A DNA stretch of 64,000 nucleotides from Waterburya sp. (GTDB taxonomy: Bacteria; Cyanobacteriota; Cyanobacteriia; Cyanobacteriales; Xenococcaceae): assembly GCA_965217895.1 (NCBI GenBank), contig CBDCJV010000002.1, positions 3,744,001 through 3,808,000 on the forward strand, in the 5' to 3' direction. Under the pieces are notes generated by a model. That model was not told the DNA's origin. It searched no databases and was given only the letters and a program-made list of their open reading frames with translations. This document shows, one piece after another, positions 29,439 through 40,377 of the stretch. How positions within the stretch are numbered: position 1 is the stretch's first letter; the number at the start of each line of letters is the position of its first letter. A program made the translations under genes and the position numbers.

Positions 29439-31598
29439 TCAACTCAGGGAGATTCCTGCGGACTGGAGTGCCATTTCCATAAAGGTGTCGTGAGTGCTGC
29501 GTGTTTCTTCGTCTTTTTTCGGTTTTCTTTGCACAAAGCTACCGTCTGGCTGTAATTCCCAGGCTTTGCGGTTGTCTGCTAACATCACTCCCAAAATTTC
29601 CTGTAGGTCTTTAAAAATTTCAGGAGATTCAATCGGCGTTACCGCTTCTACTCGACGACTCAAATTTCGAGTCATCCAGTCAGCACTACCAATATAAATC
29701 TCTTCCTTACCATTATTATGAAAATAGAAAATACGAGAATGTTCTAAAAAACGCCCAATTATACTAATTACGCGAATATTATCGCTTATTTCTGGTTTGC
29801 CAGGACACAAACAACAAATACCTCTGACAATTAAGTCTATTTCTACCCCTGCTTGAGAAGCTTTATAAAGAGCTTGGATTACCTGCTGATCGACTAGTGA
29901 GTTCATTTTAGCCACGATGCGCCCAGTTTTTCCCTGACGGCAATTTTCGGCTTCACGGTCAATCATTTCTATCATCCGTCCCCGTAAGCTAACGGGTGCA
30001 ACTAGTAACTTGCGATAAGATTTTTGCCGTGAATAACCAGTCAAGAAGTTAAATAAATCTGTTAAGTCTGCCCCCAATTCTTCTCGACAGCTTAAAAGAC
30101 CAAGATCGGTATAAATTTTTGCCGTTTTAGGATTGTAGTTTCCTGTGCCGATATGAACATAGCGACGTATTTTTTCTTTTTCTTGACGTACCACTAAGGT
30201 AATTTTGGTATGAGTTTTGAGTCCTGTTACCCCATAAACCACATGAACTCCAGACTTTTCTAATTTTCTTGCCCAAAGAATATTGTTCTCTTCATCAAAA
30301 CGTGCCTTAAGCTCAACTAAAACTACCACCTGTTTGTTATTTTGTGCCGCTGCAATTAAAGCCTTAAGAATTGGCGAGTCTCCAGAAGTACGATACAGGG
30401 TCATCTTGATCGCTAAAACGTCAGGATCGGAGGCAGCTTCAGTTATAAAACGCAAAACTGTATTGCTAAAGGAATGATAAGGATGATGAACAAAAAGATC
30501 TCCATGGCGGATGACGTTAAAAAAGTTTTGTCCATCACCGCTTTCTTCTTCTTCATTTTCTTTCAACCAGCTAAGACGGGGAGGAAGTACGGAATTCCAG
30601 GGTTCATCTTTTAGTTCAGGCAAAGGCAGTCCTAGAAAAGACATTAGATCTCCTAAACTTAGTAAACCATCGATATCATAAACATCGCTTTCTTCTAAAC
30701 CTAATTCGTGAATAATTGTCGAGCGAAGTTCAGCAGGAATAGAAGCTTCAATTTCTAACCGTACTGAAGAACCGCCAATGCGCCGTTTTTGTAGTTCTTT
30801 TTCAATCGCCAGCAGCAAATCATCTGCTTCATCTTCTTCTACAGCTAAATCGGCATTGCGAGTAACCCGAAAAGCATAAGACTCTAAAATATTCATGCCT
30901 GGAAACAAATACTCTAAATTATGGGTAACAACCTGTTCGATTGGCACCCCAGTCCAAATTCCATCTTTGCCTCGATGTTTTTGGCTTAATTCTGCGGGGA
31001 AAGTTACAAAACGGGGCAATACCTGGGGAATTTTGACTCTAGCAAACAATTCTTGCTCTAAGGAAGGATCTTTTAAGACTACAGCTAAATTTAAGCTGAG
31101 ATTAGAGATATAAGGAAAAGGATGAGAGGGATCGACCGCCAAGGGAGTTAAAACAGGAAAAATATAGTCTTCAAAAAATTGATTTATATAGGTTCTTTGT
31201 TCTTGATTTAGATCTACATAGTTAAGCAGATACACCCCAGACTTAGTTAGTTCTTTTTTTAAGACTTTTTCAAAATGCTGATGCTGTTGCTCAATCATGG
31301 GGGTAAGAGTTTCGGCGATCGCTTCTAACTGTTGTTGAGGATTGCGTCCGTCCATAGACAGCTTAGTTACTCCTGCTGCCACCTGTTTTTTTAGTGCTGC
31401 CACCCGAACCATAAAAAACTCGTCTAGGTTAGAGCTAAAAATTGCCATAAACTTAAGACGTTCAAGCAACGGTGTTCTTTTATCTAATCCTTCCGCTAAA
31501 ACCCTGCGGTTAAACTCTAGCCAGCTTAATTCTCGATTGAAATAATATTTGGGGTCGTCAAGATTAATTGCTTTATCAGCGGATTTGGTATTGGTCAT
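29439..31598 (-). CDS. ppk1: Polyphosphate kinase 1
   Basis: NRELSWLEFN.RVL, NLDEFFMVRVA, ELKARFDE, KTHTK, GTGNYN, RFLEHSR, GSADWM.RN. Confidence 0.98.
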   Translation of the reverse strand: MTNTKSADKAINLDDPKYYFNRELSWLEFNRRVLAEGLDKRTPLLERLKFMAIFSSNLDEFFMVRVAALKKQVAAGVTKLSMDGRNPQQQLEAIAETLTPMIEQQHQHFEKVLKKELTKSGVYLLNYVDLNQEQRTYINQFFEDYIFPVLTPLAVDPSHPFPYISNLSLNLAVVLKDPSLEQELFARVKIPQVLPRFVTFPAELSQKHRGKDGIWTGVPIEQVVTHNLEYLFPGMNILESYAFRVTRNADLAVEEDEADDLLLAIEKELQKRRIGGSSVRLEIEASIPAELRSTIIHELGLEESDVYDIDGLLSLGDLMSFLGLPLPELKDEPWNSVLPPRLSWLKENEEEESGDGQNFFNVIRHGDLFVHHPYHSFSNTVLRFITEAASDPDVLAIKMTLYRTSGDSPILKALIAAAQNNKQVVVLVELKARFDEENNILWARKLEKSGVHVVYGVTGLKTHTKITLVVRQEKEKIRRYVHIGTGNYNPKTAKIYTDLGLLSCREELGADLTDLFNFLTGYSRQKSYRKLLVAPVSLRGRMIEMIDREAENCRQGKTGRIVAKMNSLVDQQVIQALYKASQAGVEIDLIVRGICCLCPGKPEISDNIRVISIIGRFLEHSRIFYFHNNGKEEIYIGSADWMTRNLSRRVEAVTPIESPEIFKDLQEILGVMLADNRKAWELQPDGSFVQRKPKKDEETRSTHDTFMEMALQSAGISLS

Positions 31599-32419
31599 TG
31601 CTCAGTGCCTTAAGAGTTTGCCAGTGTAGTCTTAAAATATTTTATACAATCTATCTTTAAAATATTGCTCAGATATAATTGCTTTATCCCTCTATAGTAA
31701 GACTTAACTTTTTAAGCTTTAGTTTAAACTTTGGTTTAAGTGGCACTAACAGTTTAGTTGGTTAACCAAAATATTTATGAGTCGGGCAAAACTTTGAAGA
31801 GGATCGATCAAGAATCTCAGACAAATATACAATATCACTAAGCTATCTATCATAGTTAATTTAACGCAATACTAGTTAATTATTTTTCCTAAAGAAAGCA
31901 GATATTTAATAACCGTAAAGCTTAATATTTATGGCAGGCATTATAATAATGAAAAAAACAATTTATATTTAAAAATTTTAACTTTTCTTATCTTATTTTT
32001 TATGAAGATTTTATGAAGATAAGCTATTTTTTAGATTACTTGCTTGTGCTAAACAATATATAATTGTATATTATTAACATAATACATTTCTTAATTGACC
32101 CATAATATATAGTGTAAAAATACTACAAAATAATGTAGGATTGGCAACATCAATCCATAGCTAAAGCTTAATTCAAATCTATTTAAGACTAGCCAAGAAT
32201 ATTTTTATCGTTTTATCTTGCTGCTTACCACAGTAAGCAAATAGCAATTGTATATATCGCCAAAATATCTTAAATAATCCATAACGGTTAATAATTAAAT
32301 TACGCTAAATTTATTTTTTATAAGTCAAGCTGAATTGGCATTTTTAAATAATAAAAATGTTTAGGTGCAATTAATTATGGTTTTCGACATTCATTAAGCT
32401 AAGTATTTTTGTATTTAAA

Positions 32420-33304
32420 GTGAAAATTTATATTCCGCTTCTATATTCGGAGAAAGTAAAAAGACCAGATAGAAAATACTTCTTGAATAATATTATTGGA
32501 GAAGATTTTTTAATTTTACTGCTATCCTTTGCTTATTCTAGTTCTCACCTATTGCTAGATATTGTTGGCTTATTCTTGTTGCAAATAGCCTTTTGGTGCA
32601 TTTATGAACTAGGTTATATAGAAAATGACATAATTGGCGAAAAATTTGAGGATAGAGCCGTCCTCTCTTACAATTACAAATCCTATGAATACTCATTTAG
32701 ACTTTGGCAGCCTTGGGTATGGTCTTTGGCACTATCTTTTTTCGGCATTCTTGCCATTTCTAAAGACCGGGGTGTTGAAAATAGCGCGGGAATAACAGCT
32801 TTTCATGAATACGGTTATGACTTAAGCTGGATTTCTCAAGAATTAGCTTCCTGGATTATTTTTCTACTAGCCTTAAGGTTTTTATTCCACGTATATAACA
32901 AGATCAATAAACAAAGCCGAGTTTGGTTTTATGTATTATTGCAAGCCTGTCGCTACTTTGGTTTTTTGGCAGTAATGACTACGAATACCGTGGGCTTGAT
33001 GCTCTTAGTTAGTATTATTATAATTCGCTCAATTCAGTACATATTATATCGCTATTTAGGCGGGAAAGATAGTAGCTGGCCAATGGATTTTCCCAAATAC
33101 TTTTTTTGCTTACTATTCTATCTTTTATTAATTGGTTCAATAGCTGCTAATGAACGTGACTTATCTTTAATTATGAACCCTCAAGTATTGTTGATTGCTG
33201 CTTTTTGCGTGCTAAGAGGTGCTAAGCATTTTTATAACGTTTTTGTTCATTTTCTGCCCGTAAGTAAAGATGGTTCTAGTCATGTTACCCTAACTAAAAA
33301 GTAA
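32420..33304 (+). CDS. Multi-TM hypothetical protein, UbiA-like helix pattern
   Basis: FWCIYELGYIEND acidic motif after a TM helix; 7-8 hydrophobic segments. Confidence 0.6.
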   Translation: MKIYIPLLYSEKVKRPDRKYFLNNIIGEDFLILLLSFAYSSSHLLLDIVGLFLLQIAFWCIYELGYIENDIIGEKFEDRAVLSYNYKSYEYSFRLWQPWVWSLALSFFGILAISKDRGVENSAGITAFHEYGYDLSWISQELASWIIFLLALRFLFHVYNKINKQSRVWFYVLLQACRYFGFLAVMTTNTVGLMLLVSIIIIRSIQYILYRYLGGKDSSWPMDFPKYFFCLLFYLLLIGSIAANERDLSLIMNPQVLLIAAFCVLRGAKHFYNVFVHFLPVSKDGSSHVTLTKK

Positions 33305-33314
33305 AGTTATCTAA

Positions 33315-34733
33315 TTATGTTTTAGTTTGTAATCGATGAACTAAATCATTAAAAGGTTGCCAATTATTATCTTCACTAATAGCTTGCCATACGGATTCAA
33401 TAGCGGGACGTAGTAAAGCAGTAGGAGGATTGTAAAAAAACAAGCGACTTCCTATCTTTTCCATTTCTGCTGCTGGTAATTGATTTAAACATTTATGATA
33501 TAATTTACGCCAGCGATCGCTTATTTGCTGAGTAAAAGCAGCATTTTCTAAAATCAAATTACTGTCTTCTCGCCAACCATCGTTAAATTCTTCAGCTAAG
33601 GCAGTAAAAAAACCACGATAGCTAATATCAGTACTTTTCAATAGTTCAATAGTTTGAGTCAATAACTGAGAGTAAGATGGTTCAGAAAAAACTTCAAATC
33701 CTAGCTTTTGCAACATCAACTTTTGATAATGTTCTTGATAGCAATCATCAAACTGCGCTAATCCAGCCTCAAGCTCTACTTTGTCTGTAATCATTGCTAG
33801 AGGTAATTGCAGCATCTCTAAATTGAATTTACAGATATATGGTTGATTACCATAGCTGTAGCGTCCACCATAGTCAAAGCTAGCTGCTGTAAAACGATCA
33901 TCGTAGGTGGGAATAAAAGCATAAGGACCATAATCAAAGCTTTCCCCTGTAATTGACATATTATCGGTATTGAGTACGCCGTGGCAAAAGCCTGCTGCCA
34001 TCCATTGTGCTGCAAGTTGGGCAACTCTAAGGACTAATGCAGCGTAGAATTGGTGATATTTAGCTTCAGTATCGGCAATATCGCCATAGTAGGTGTCAAT
34101 AACGCTATCTAATAGTTTTCTAATCAAATCTGGACGCTGAAGATAGTGAAGTCTTTCAAATGTGCCAAAACGAATATGAGAACTACTAAATCTCACCATT
34201 ACCGATGATCGAGTCGGGGAAGGTTCATCACCACGCCATAAAGATTCTCCTGTTTCAGTTAAACTTAAACAACGAGAAGTTTTTACTCCTAATTGGTGTA
34301 GAGCCTCGGCTGCCAAAACTTCTCTCACTCCACCTTTGAGGGTTAGTTTACCATCGGCAGTACGAGAATAAGGGGTTCTGCCTGAGCCTTTAGTCCCCAG
34401 GTCATAGAGCTTACCGTTTTTTCCTCTTATCTGTCCGTATAGAAAGCCTCTACCATCACCTAAAAAAGGGTTGTACGCACCAAATTGATAACCGTGATAG
34501 CGTAAAGCTAAAAAAGGCTGTACTGCTGAGAATTTACCGAAAGCTTCAATAAAATCAGCATCGTTAACCTTGGCTGGCTGTAAACCTAATAAAGGCAACA
34601 ATGAATCGTTGCGAAAGCGTAACCAATGGGCAGGAAACTCATCTGCTGCCACTAGATCATAATAATCATCTCCCAAATTCTTCATCACTGGTTCATATTC
34701 AAGATCGAAGAAAGGATTGGGATTAATTTCCAT
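33315..34733 (-). CDS. selO: Protein adenylyltransferase SelO/YdiU
   Basis: [48 protein letters not shown]. Confidence 0.95.
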   Translation of the reverse strand: MEINPNPFFDLEYEPVMKNLGDDYYDLVAADEFPAHWLRFRNDSLLPLLGLQPAKVNDADFIEAFGKFSAVQPFLALRYHGYQFGAYNPFLGDGRGFLYGQIRGKNGKLYDLGTKGSGRTPYSRTADGKLTLKGGVREVLAAEALHQLGVKTSRCLSLTETGESLWRGDEPSPTRSSVMVRFSSSHIRFGTFERLHYLQRPDLIRKLLDSVIDTYYGDIADTEAKYHQFYAALVLRVAQLAAQWMAAGFCHGVLNTDNMSITGESFDYGPYAFIPTYDDRFTAASFDYGGRYSYGNQPYICKFNLEMLQLPLAMITDKVELEAGLAQFDDCYQEHYQKLMLQKLGFEVFSEPSYSQLLTQTIELLKSTDISYRGFFTALAEEFNDGWREDSNLILENAAFTQQISDRWRKLYHKCLNQLPAAEMEKIGSRLFFYNPPTALLRPAIESVWQAISEDNNWQPFNDLVHRLQTKT

Positions 34734-34821
34734 ATATATATAGTTACAAGATTAAACAATTAACTGGCTTTAGAATTAATGTATCGTCTAATCACTCAAT
34801 TCACTTAACTTATTTATCTCA

Positions 34822-35091
34822 ATGGTAGACCCTATTATGTATCAAGAGGATGGTTATGTTGTCCTCGAATCAGACCACTCAGAACAATTTATGACTGCTG
34901 AAGAATTAAAAGCCAAACTGGTTAATCTTTTGTTGTTAGAAGAAGTAATTATTCCTAGAGAATTAGAGCATTTTGATTCGCTGGAGTTGCAGGCACAGCA
35001 CTTGTTGGACAATTATTTTGAGTTAGATATAGGTGCGGATCAATATTTACAGTGGTACGTGGTGCGCATAAATAACGTAAGTTCGACATAA
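34822..35091 (+). CDS. crr7: Chlororespiratory reduction protein 7 (CRR7/DUF3571), NDH-1 assembly factor
   Basis: MxDPIMYQED.YVVLE...EQF...EL...LQWYVVR. Confidence 0.82.
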   Translation: MVDPIMYQEDGYVVLESDHSEQFMTAEELKAKLVNLLLLEEVIIPRELEHFDSLELQAQHLLDNYFELDIGADQYLQWYVVRINNVSST

Positions 35092-35123
35092 TCTAATAAG
35101 ACAAAAGGTAAGATACAATACTT

Positions 35124-35231
35124 CAATGTTTCTCGCTCAAGCCTTGTTATTGATTGGTTAAGTAGTAGTTAGTAGGTAATTATTACCCAGACTAAGATCT
35201 ACCGAGCGCAATTGTTAACAGAGAAGTATTG
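35124..35231. mobile_element. Decayed MITE with CAATAC-type termini flanked by an 18-bp direct repeat
   Basis: CAATGTTTCTC...GAGAAGTATTG ends; AGG(T/G)AAGATACAATACTT at 35106 and 35232. Confidence 0.55.
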
Positions 35232-35309
35232 AGGGAAGATACAATACTTTAAGACACTCTCTTGATTCAGTCGTTTTTGGCGGTGAATCTAACGTATGCA
35301 ATCAACCTA

Positions 35310-35681
35310 TTAAAATCTATATACGGGTGCTTTTATAGAGCGGTCTTTTACATCTCCTTGATTGCCCCAACTTCTTTTTATAATTACATCTTTTTTATCT
35401 GATTCCGAACCAGAAATATTATACTGACCTAATTTATTTAAATTGTTCTTTAAAGATTCAGATTCTGATGCGCTAGAAAAACCCCAGTTACTATTCCCAG
35501 CTTCGATACCCTTAAGATAACCATTAGGGGTTGAGTTACTGACAGGTGTAGTCAAATTCCCTGTGGATCGTGCAGGATTAGTCTGAGCATTTGCCTGTAG
35601 ACTATAAACGCCTGTTAAGAAAAAGCCTAAAGCGATCGCAATATATTTTTGTACAAACGTTGTATTGATAGTGTTAAGCAT
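35310..35681 (-). CDS. Secreted hypothetical protein
   Basis: Signal peptide ending ANA-Q; polar mature region. Confidence 0.6.
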   Translation of the reverse strand: MLNTINTTFVQKYIAIALGFFLTGVYSLQANAQTNPARSTGNLTTPVSNSTPNGYLKGIEAGNSNWGFSSASESESLKNNLNKLGQYNISGSESDKKDVIIKRSWGNQGDVKDRSIKAPVYRF

Positions 35682-35833
35682 AAAAAGTATTTAATAGTTA
35701 GTATTAAGTATCTTAGAAATTTCTGTGGCTTATGACATCCCTATAAAGACATATTTTGCCATCTATCAAAAGTAGTAATCTTATAGCGGAATAAGACTAT
35801 CATCAACATAACTTGCTACATTGCTAGCGAATC

Positions 35834-36703
35834 CTAAGAAACATCAGTTAAATTTTTATTTAGAAAATCAATAGTTTCTGTCCATGCTTTTTCCGCAGCT
35901 TCAGGGACATAGTTTTGACCAGAGGGGTTAGCAAAAGCATGACCGGCATGGTCATAAATTTTGATATCTGCCTCTTTACCCAGTTTATTTAAAGTAGATT
36001 CTAGTTTTTTTACTTTAGCTACGGGAATTGACTTATCTTCTGCCCCAAATATGCCTAAAATAGGCATTTCTAAGGTTGCTAATTGTTTTTCGGTAGCCGT
36101 ATTAATCTTTCCACCATAGTAAATCACTGCTGCATCAAGCTCTTGGGGAAATAGCAAAGCGGTTTCTAATGACCAACTACCACCAAAACACCAGCCAATA
36201 GAAGCAATTTTAGGTGCTTGCTTTTCCTTTGTTAAAAAATTGTAGGCTTTTGTAATATTTGCCTCTGCACCTAAAGGATTGCCTGTTACCTCAAGTACTA
36301 ACTGTGTGGCTTTTTCTGGAGTTTTTGCTATTTGACCGTTATATAAATCTACCGCCAAAACCTGATAACCTTCTCCTGCTAACCTTCGCGTCATCGCCTT
36401 AATATTTTCGTTTAATCCCCACCATTCATGAATAGCTAGGATTCCAGGTAAAGGCTTGGTGCTATCTTTTGGGTAGGCGTAATAGCCATTGATAGCTTTT
36501 CCGTCTATGGTGACGTATTTTACGGTTTTTACGACTACAGGTGCTTTTGGCTCAACCATGGCGATCGCTGTAGGACTAGGATAGTCATGGCGATGAGTGG
36601 CTAGAAGCGCGTCTGGCTTAACTAAGCCTAGCCCTAAACTTATGAGTAACGTAGCTAAAAAAATTACTCTTAGAACCAACTTCTGTTTACTAAATCTGCC
36701 CAT
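35834..36703 (-). CDS. Dienelactone hydrolase family protein (exported)
   Basis: HEWWGLN, GWCFGG nucleophile elbow, ED, GHAF; N-terminal TM; start uncertain (up to 36757). Confidence 0.9.
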   Translation of the reverse strand: MGRFSKQKLVLRVIFLATLLISLGLGLVKPDALLATHRHDYPSPTAIAMVEPKAPVVVKTVKYVTIDGKAINGYYAYPKDSTKPLPGILAIHEWWGLNENIKAMTRRLAGEGYQVLAVDLYNGQIAKTPEKATQLVLEVTGNPLGAEANITKAYNFLTKEKQAPKIASIGWCFGGSWSLETALLFPQELDAAVIYYGGKINTATEKQLATLEMPILGIFGAEDKSIPVAKVKKLESTLNKLGKEADIKIYDHAGHAFANPSGQNYVPEAAEKAWTETIDFLNKNLTDVS

Positions 36704-36774
36704 GGTTTTTTTGTGTACAAACATAGTCATGTTATCTGCTTTTCTAACCAGAAACAAATAAATTTCATAGATAC

Positions 36775-36970
36775 GATACGAAAATATCCGAATAGCGATC
36801 GCCTGCTACAGCTCTTTGGGGGCAAAGGCTTCAATTTGCTCTTTTTCCTTTTATGTCAGAGAAATTTCGGCGGTAGCAACATTTTCCTCTAGATACTGAC
36901 GCTGTTTAGTACCAGGAATCGTCACTATGTCTTTCCCTTGAGCTAGTAACCAGGCGATCGCTAATTGACG
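36775..36970 (-). pseudogene. 3' fragment of an aldo/keto reductase
   Basis: [38 protein letters not shown] followed by a frameshifted ...AGDRYSD, the typical AKR C-terminus, with an internal stop. Confidence 0.75.
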
Positions 36971-36978
36971 AAATCTAA

Positions 36979-38568
36979 TTACCTTGTTCTATAGGTTCGA
37001 TAATTTATATTAGGGAAAATATTATCAATTTTCTCGACTTTTTCTAACCAACCAGAATCAACTTTGCCAATCAAAATATCATCGTAAATTTTATTAAAGC
37101 GAAGCAAATGCGATCGCGTTCTACGGATAGCATAAGGTACCATTGTCCCTGTCCGCATAATAAATGCCCAATCAGAAGACTGTGCCAACAGCACTTCTCT
37201 GGCAGCTTGGTTTAAAGCTCGCCATTCTAATTCGTCAGCAGGTTCACGATTGGCTAGCTGAATCATTCTTTCCGCTGCTTTGTGCAAATGAGGATATACC
37301 CAGGCGTTCGTCTCATTTAACCAATACTCATGGAATCCTTTATATCCCCAGCTAGACTGAGAAGGACGACAAACTTGTTGGTTCGGCTGTTGTTGTAGAT
37401 ATTCAGACAGATTAGTCATTTGGTAGGTATCTTGATCGTACCAACTCTTACGAAAGAGAAAATCAAGAAACTGAGGTCCTTCGTACCACCAGTGACCAAA
37501 TAGCTCAGCGTCATAAGGAGAAACTACAATCGGTGGACGCTGTAGCATTGAATTTAAATTGCCAATTTGCTGCTGGCGATTATACATAAAATTGCTGGCG
37601 TGTTCGGCTGCTTTCTCTCTTGCCCAATAAGGATCGTAAAGACCTTTTTCGGATAATCCTCCATCACGACTAGTAATTTTGTGATATTTGATCCCCGTGT
37701 TTTTCCTTTGACCGTTAGGCATGATATAAGGCTTAATATACTCATATTCCGCTTCCCAGCCCAAATCTTTATAGAATTCGCGATATTCAATCGCCCCTGG
37801 ATAACCTACTTTAGAAGACCAGACTTGCTGGGAAGATTCATGATCGCGACCAAAAGCAGCTACTCCAGTTTCCGTATAAATTGGAGCGTAAGAGCCATAG
37901 CGAGGACGAGGGCGAGCGTAGAGAATACCATGTCCATCAGTTAAAAAGTAACGCAAGCCAGCATCGGCAAGCATTCTTTCCAAGCCTTCATAATAAGCAC
38001 ATTCTGGTAGCCAAATTCCTTTTGGTGGACGACCAAAATTTTCCTCATAATGTTCGCAAGCCACTTTGATTTGCGACCAGACGGCTTGGGGATACATCTT
38101 CATCAAAGGAAGATAACCGTGAGTAGCACCACAGGTAATAATATCAAGGTTGCCACTATCGAGAAACTGTTTAAATGCCCCTACTAAATCGCGATCGTAA
38201 CTTGACCAAGTTTTGCGTATTTGACTAAAAGAATTAGCGTAATATTCAGCCAAATAGAGCATATGACCATTATGCTGGTGACGCTCAATTTCTTTATCGA
38301 TCAATTCTTGGAGTTGAGCAAGATGATCGTCATAACGGTCTTGCAATAATTCGTCCCGTAACATCGACACCAAAGGCGGTGTCATACTCATAGTCATTTT
38401 AAAATCGACCCCATCTCGCTTCAAGTTTTCAAATACCTGAAGCAAGGGAACATAGGTTTCGGTTATGGCTTCAAACAACCATTCTTCTTCCAAGACAAAA
38501 TCGCTTTCTGGATGTCGGACGAAAGGTAAGTGAGCGTGTAAGACAAGAGCAAGGTAACCAAGAGCCAT
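36979..38568 (-). CDS. GH57 glycoside hydrolase (branching-enzyme type, DUF1957)
   Basis: [43 protein letters not shown]. Confidence 0.93.
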   Translation of the reverse strand: MALGYLALVLHAHLPFVRHPESDFVLEEEWLFEAITETYVPLLQVFENLKRDGVDFKMTMSMTPPLVSMLRDELLQDRYDDHLAQLQELIDKEIERHQHNGHMLYLAEYYANSFSQIRKTWSSYDRDLVGAFKQFLDSGNLDIITCGATHGYLPLMKMYPQAVWSQIKVACEHYEENFGRPPKGIWLPECAYYEGLERMLADAGLRYFLTDGHGILYARPRPRYGSYAPIYTETGVAAFGRDHESSQQVWSSKVGYPGAIEYREFYKDLGWEAEYEYIKPYIMPNGQRKNTGIKYHKITSRDGGLSEKGLYDPYWAREKAAEHASNFMYNRQQQIGNLNSMLQRPPIVVSPYDAELFGHWWYEGPQFLDFLFRKSWYDQDTYQMTNLSEYLQQQPNQQVCRPSQSSWGYKGFHEYWLNETNAWVYPHLHKAAERMIQLANREPADELEWRALNQAAREVLLAQSSDWAFIMRTGTMVPYAIRRTRSHLLRFNKIYDDILIGKVDSGWLEKVEKIDNIFPNINYRTYRTR

Positions 38569-39001
38569 GATAATGTAATATTTCTAAAAATCTTTTATTC
38601 AGAGGCTGTAAACTTTTAGCGTTAGACTTCAAGACTTCCGTTAAATCGTTAGCTAGACGATTAACGATTTCTTATTAATGATGAACGGTAATTCACCATT
38701 GATTTTCAGCCTAGAGGTTAAGGCTTAGAGCTTAAAGCTGTCGAAGACCTAAATTAAGGAACTAAGGCAATCTGGGTAAATTTTATGATATCTTAATAGT
38801 GTCTTTAGAAAAAGTTTAGCTTATAGATAGACTACCTTTTAATAGTGGACGTTTCCTAAGTAATTATTGCTTTTTAGCAGACCAAAAATCTTAAGATAAC
38901 TCACTGTTTTTTCAAGATTAGAAAACAACCGTCATGTCTGCTGTATTTTTGATCTATAAAAGTAGAGGCTTGGGTAATATGTATTGGGTTTTCGTAATCT
39001 A

Positions 39002-40180
39002 GTGTTGCAATCTAATCAGCAATATTTTGACCATCAGAAGAATAGCGTTGAGGAACTATCCCTTCAACTATTACTGTTCGTAGATAAACGCTCATCTTCA
39101 CAAAAGCAGGTGCGGAAAATTAGAACTTGCTTAGAAAATTTACGCTCTGAATACTTTTTTAAGCTAGAGGTAATTGAAATTGAAAAACAGCCACACCTTG
39201 TCGAATATTTAAAGCTAGTTGCTACTCCTGCTCTAGTAAAAATATCCCCCAAACCGAGGCAAACCTTAGCTGGAGGTAATTTAATCGAGCAATTAGAGAA
39301 ATGGTGGCCAAAATGGCAAGCTGCTCAAGAAGAATTGAAAGTTACTAGTAGTCATAGGTTGTTAGAAAGTTTTTCTACTCAAGGCATAAATCAAGAAGTC
39401 AACTATGCAGAAAAAATTCAGCTAAAGGATGAAATTTTTGCTTTAAAGCAGGAAAGGGAAGAATTTATGGCTCAACTACGATTTAAAGACCAAATTTTAG
39501 CTATATTAGCTCATGATCTGCGTACACCTCTAACAGCAGCGTCAATGGCAGTAGAAACCTTGGAATTATCTGAGCAGAATGAACAGTTAGAAGCAGAAAA
39601 GCGCAAATATTTGCAGCAAAAACTGTTTAGACACGCCAAAAATCAGTTTGCCATTATGGATAGTATGATTAGCGAATTATTACAAAGTTCGCAAAATATA
39701 AATGCCAAGCTACAGATAAATCCTAGCTCTGTAGACCTTAAACAACTATGCCAAGAGGTTGTTTCCCAGTTCGATTCTAGACTTTTAGAAAAGTCAATGG
39801 TTTTAAAAAAAGATATTCCTCAAGATATTCCTTGTGTATATGCTGATGAAGAACTAATCCGACAGCTAATTAGTAACCTAATAGACAACGCTATCAAATA
39901 CACTCCAGACAAAGGACAAATATCTTTATCTGTCTTGCATCGCACGAATCAAAAAGTTCATGTAAGTATAAGCGATACTGGACCAGGTATTCCTCCAGAA
40001 ACAAGGAAGCAAATATTTGAAGATAATTTTCGTTTGCAGCGCGATCGCGATCAAGAAGGCTACGGCATTGGTTTAGCAATGTGTCATCAAATTGTCTGCG
40101 CTCACCACGGTAAAATTTGGGTTGAAAGTTCCCCCGAAAACGGTAGCTGTTTTCAATTTACATTACTAGTTTATAAGTAG
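39002..40180 (+). CDS. sasA: Adaptive-response (circadian output) sensor kinase SasA
   Basis: KaiB-like N-terminus (LLLFVD..QPHLVE..LVATPALVK..P.PRQTLAG) plus HDLRTPLTA H-box and N/G boxes; start set at GTG 39002. Confidence 0.92.
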   Translation: MLQSNQQYFDHQKNSVEELSLQLLLFVDKRSSSQKQVRKIRTCLENLRSEYFFKLEVIEIEKQPHLVEYLKLVATPALVKISPKPRQTLAGGNLIEQLEKWWPKWQAAQEELKVTSSHRLLESFSTQGINQEVNYAEKIQLKDEIFALKQEREEFMAQLRFKDQILAILAHDLRTPLTAASMAVETLELSEQNEQLEAEKRKYLQQKLFRHAKNQFAIMDSMISELLQSSQNINAKLQINPSSVDLKQLCQEVVSQFDSRLLEKSMVLKKDIPQDIPCVYADEELIRQLISNLIDNAIKYTPDKGQISLSVLHRTNQKVHVSISDTGPGIPPETRKQIFEDNFRLQRDRDQEGYGIGLAMCHQIVCAHHGKIWVESSPENGSCFQFTLLVYK

Positions 40181-40377
40181 TTTTCTCCTCTATGACTAGA
40201 AAAAGCCATCGTTTTTTCTGGTTGATTTTACCTTTTATAGTTCTGTGTAACTTTAATTTATGCAGTTTTTAATTTTTTACTTGCTATAATCCTTGCAGAA
40301 TTTAGCTCAAAAATCATACTGCTATTTTTTCATTAATCCAACTCACACAATTTTTATGTTAAATCAACAGCATATCT

